Assembly: GCA_041641305.1 (NCBI GenBank)
Contig: JBEPYN010000001.1
Coordinates: 694,370 to 718,369, forward strand
Direction of reading: 5' to 3'
DNA: 24,000 nucleotides
Source: Nitrososphaerota archaeon
Lineage (GTDB): Archaea > Thermoproteota > Nitrososphaeria_A > Caldarchaeales > Caldarchaeaceae
A model generated the notes under the pieces. The model did not search any database, was not told the origin of the DNA, and worked only from the letters and a program-made list of their open reading frames with translations. Position 1 is the first letter of the stretch, and every line of letters begins with the position of its first letter. The translations under genes and the position numbers were made by a program. This document shows positions 23,661-24,000 of this stretch, in pieces.

Positions 23661-24000
23661 AGATTCTTCACCGCCAAATCCGAGTAAACAGGGCCTGAGG
23701 AGGTTAGCACACTCTTCTTCAACACGATTTTGTTGACGAGCTGTTTGCCGAAGAATGTGTTTCTGTTTCTGTTGATGACGTCGAGGAGCTGGCCGCGGTT
23801 TCTGAGATACTTGACTCTGCAGACGGTTAGGTGGGGGATGAACCTCTGCTCCTCAACCCTGATACGTGGAAGACGTTTCCGAAGCTGGCTATACACCTCA
23901 ACCAGGTTATCAGCACCATCCCTCACCCCAACCCATATCACATTAACACGGCCTCCTCCCGGAAAATAGCCTACACCATTCATCTCAATCTCGAAAGGCT
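23657..24000 (-). CDS. 2'-5' RNA ligase/cyclic phosphodiesterase (LigT/ThpR-like), C-terminal part, runs off window
   Basis: FIPHLTVCRVKYL (HxTxxR-like second 2H motif) preceded by ..PFEIEMNGVGYFPGGGRVNVIWVG. The frame stays open upstream through position 24000, so the listed ATG at 23983 is internal. Confidence 0.85.
   Translation of the reverse strand, partial: PFEIEMNGVGYFPGGGRVNVIWVGVRDGADNLVEVYSQLRKRLPRIRVEEQRFIPHLTVCRVKYLRNRGQLLDVINRNRNTFFGKQLVNKIVLKKSVLTSSGPVYSDLAVKNL

Noticed and set aside
1-24000. Search for CRISPR arrays, IS/transposase genes, inverted terminal repeats, toxin-antitoxin or defence clusters
   Set aside because: No direct-repeat arrays or relevant protein motifs were visible. 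The window reads as conserved housekeeping chromosome rather than accessory DNA.

Overview
This 24 kb window is an ordinary-looking archaeal chromosomal segment dominated by core information-processing genes. It carries aCPSF1-like (partial), psmB, long FKBP, NusA-like KH, L30e, unsplit rpoA, unsplit rpoB, rpoH, tRNA-Lys(CTT) with an intron in the D-arm, GGGP synthase, Elf1-like zinc ribbon, an RNase H/RuvC-like protein next to a Clp1-type polynucleotide kinase, a GINS subunit, a CBS protein, priS, tRNA-Val(TAC), L40e, Alba, a NusA-like zinc/KH protein, aspS, flavin reductase, an HTH-less tandem AsnC/RAM protein, a ROK kinase, an FAD-linked oxidase, an atypical kinase, cca, and a partial 2'-5' RNA ligase. 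The gene content and the unsplit RNAP subunits suggest a TACK-type lineage, possibly Thaumarchaeota/Aigarchaeota/Caldiarchaeum-like; this assignment is inference. I found no CRISPR array, defence island, mobile element or clearly undescribed multi-gene system. The most interesting items are: (1) tRNA-Lys with a 26-nt non-canonical D-arm intron, an aberrant T-loop and a 3' antisense overlap with the GGGP synthase gene; (2) an uncharacterised RNase H/RuvC-motif protein tightly coupled to a Clp1 RNA kinase; (3) two short genes missed by the ORF track, L40e (53 aa) and a 38-aa single-TM protein start-stop coupled to priS; (4) a cysteine-rich insert in PriS; (5) a putative kinase with a substituted catalytic loop.
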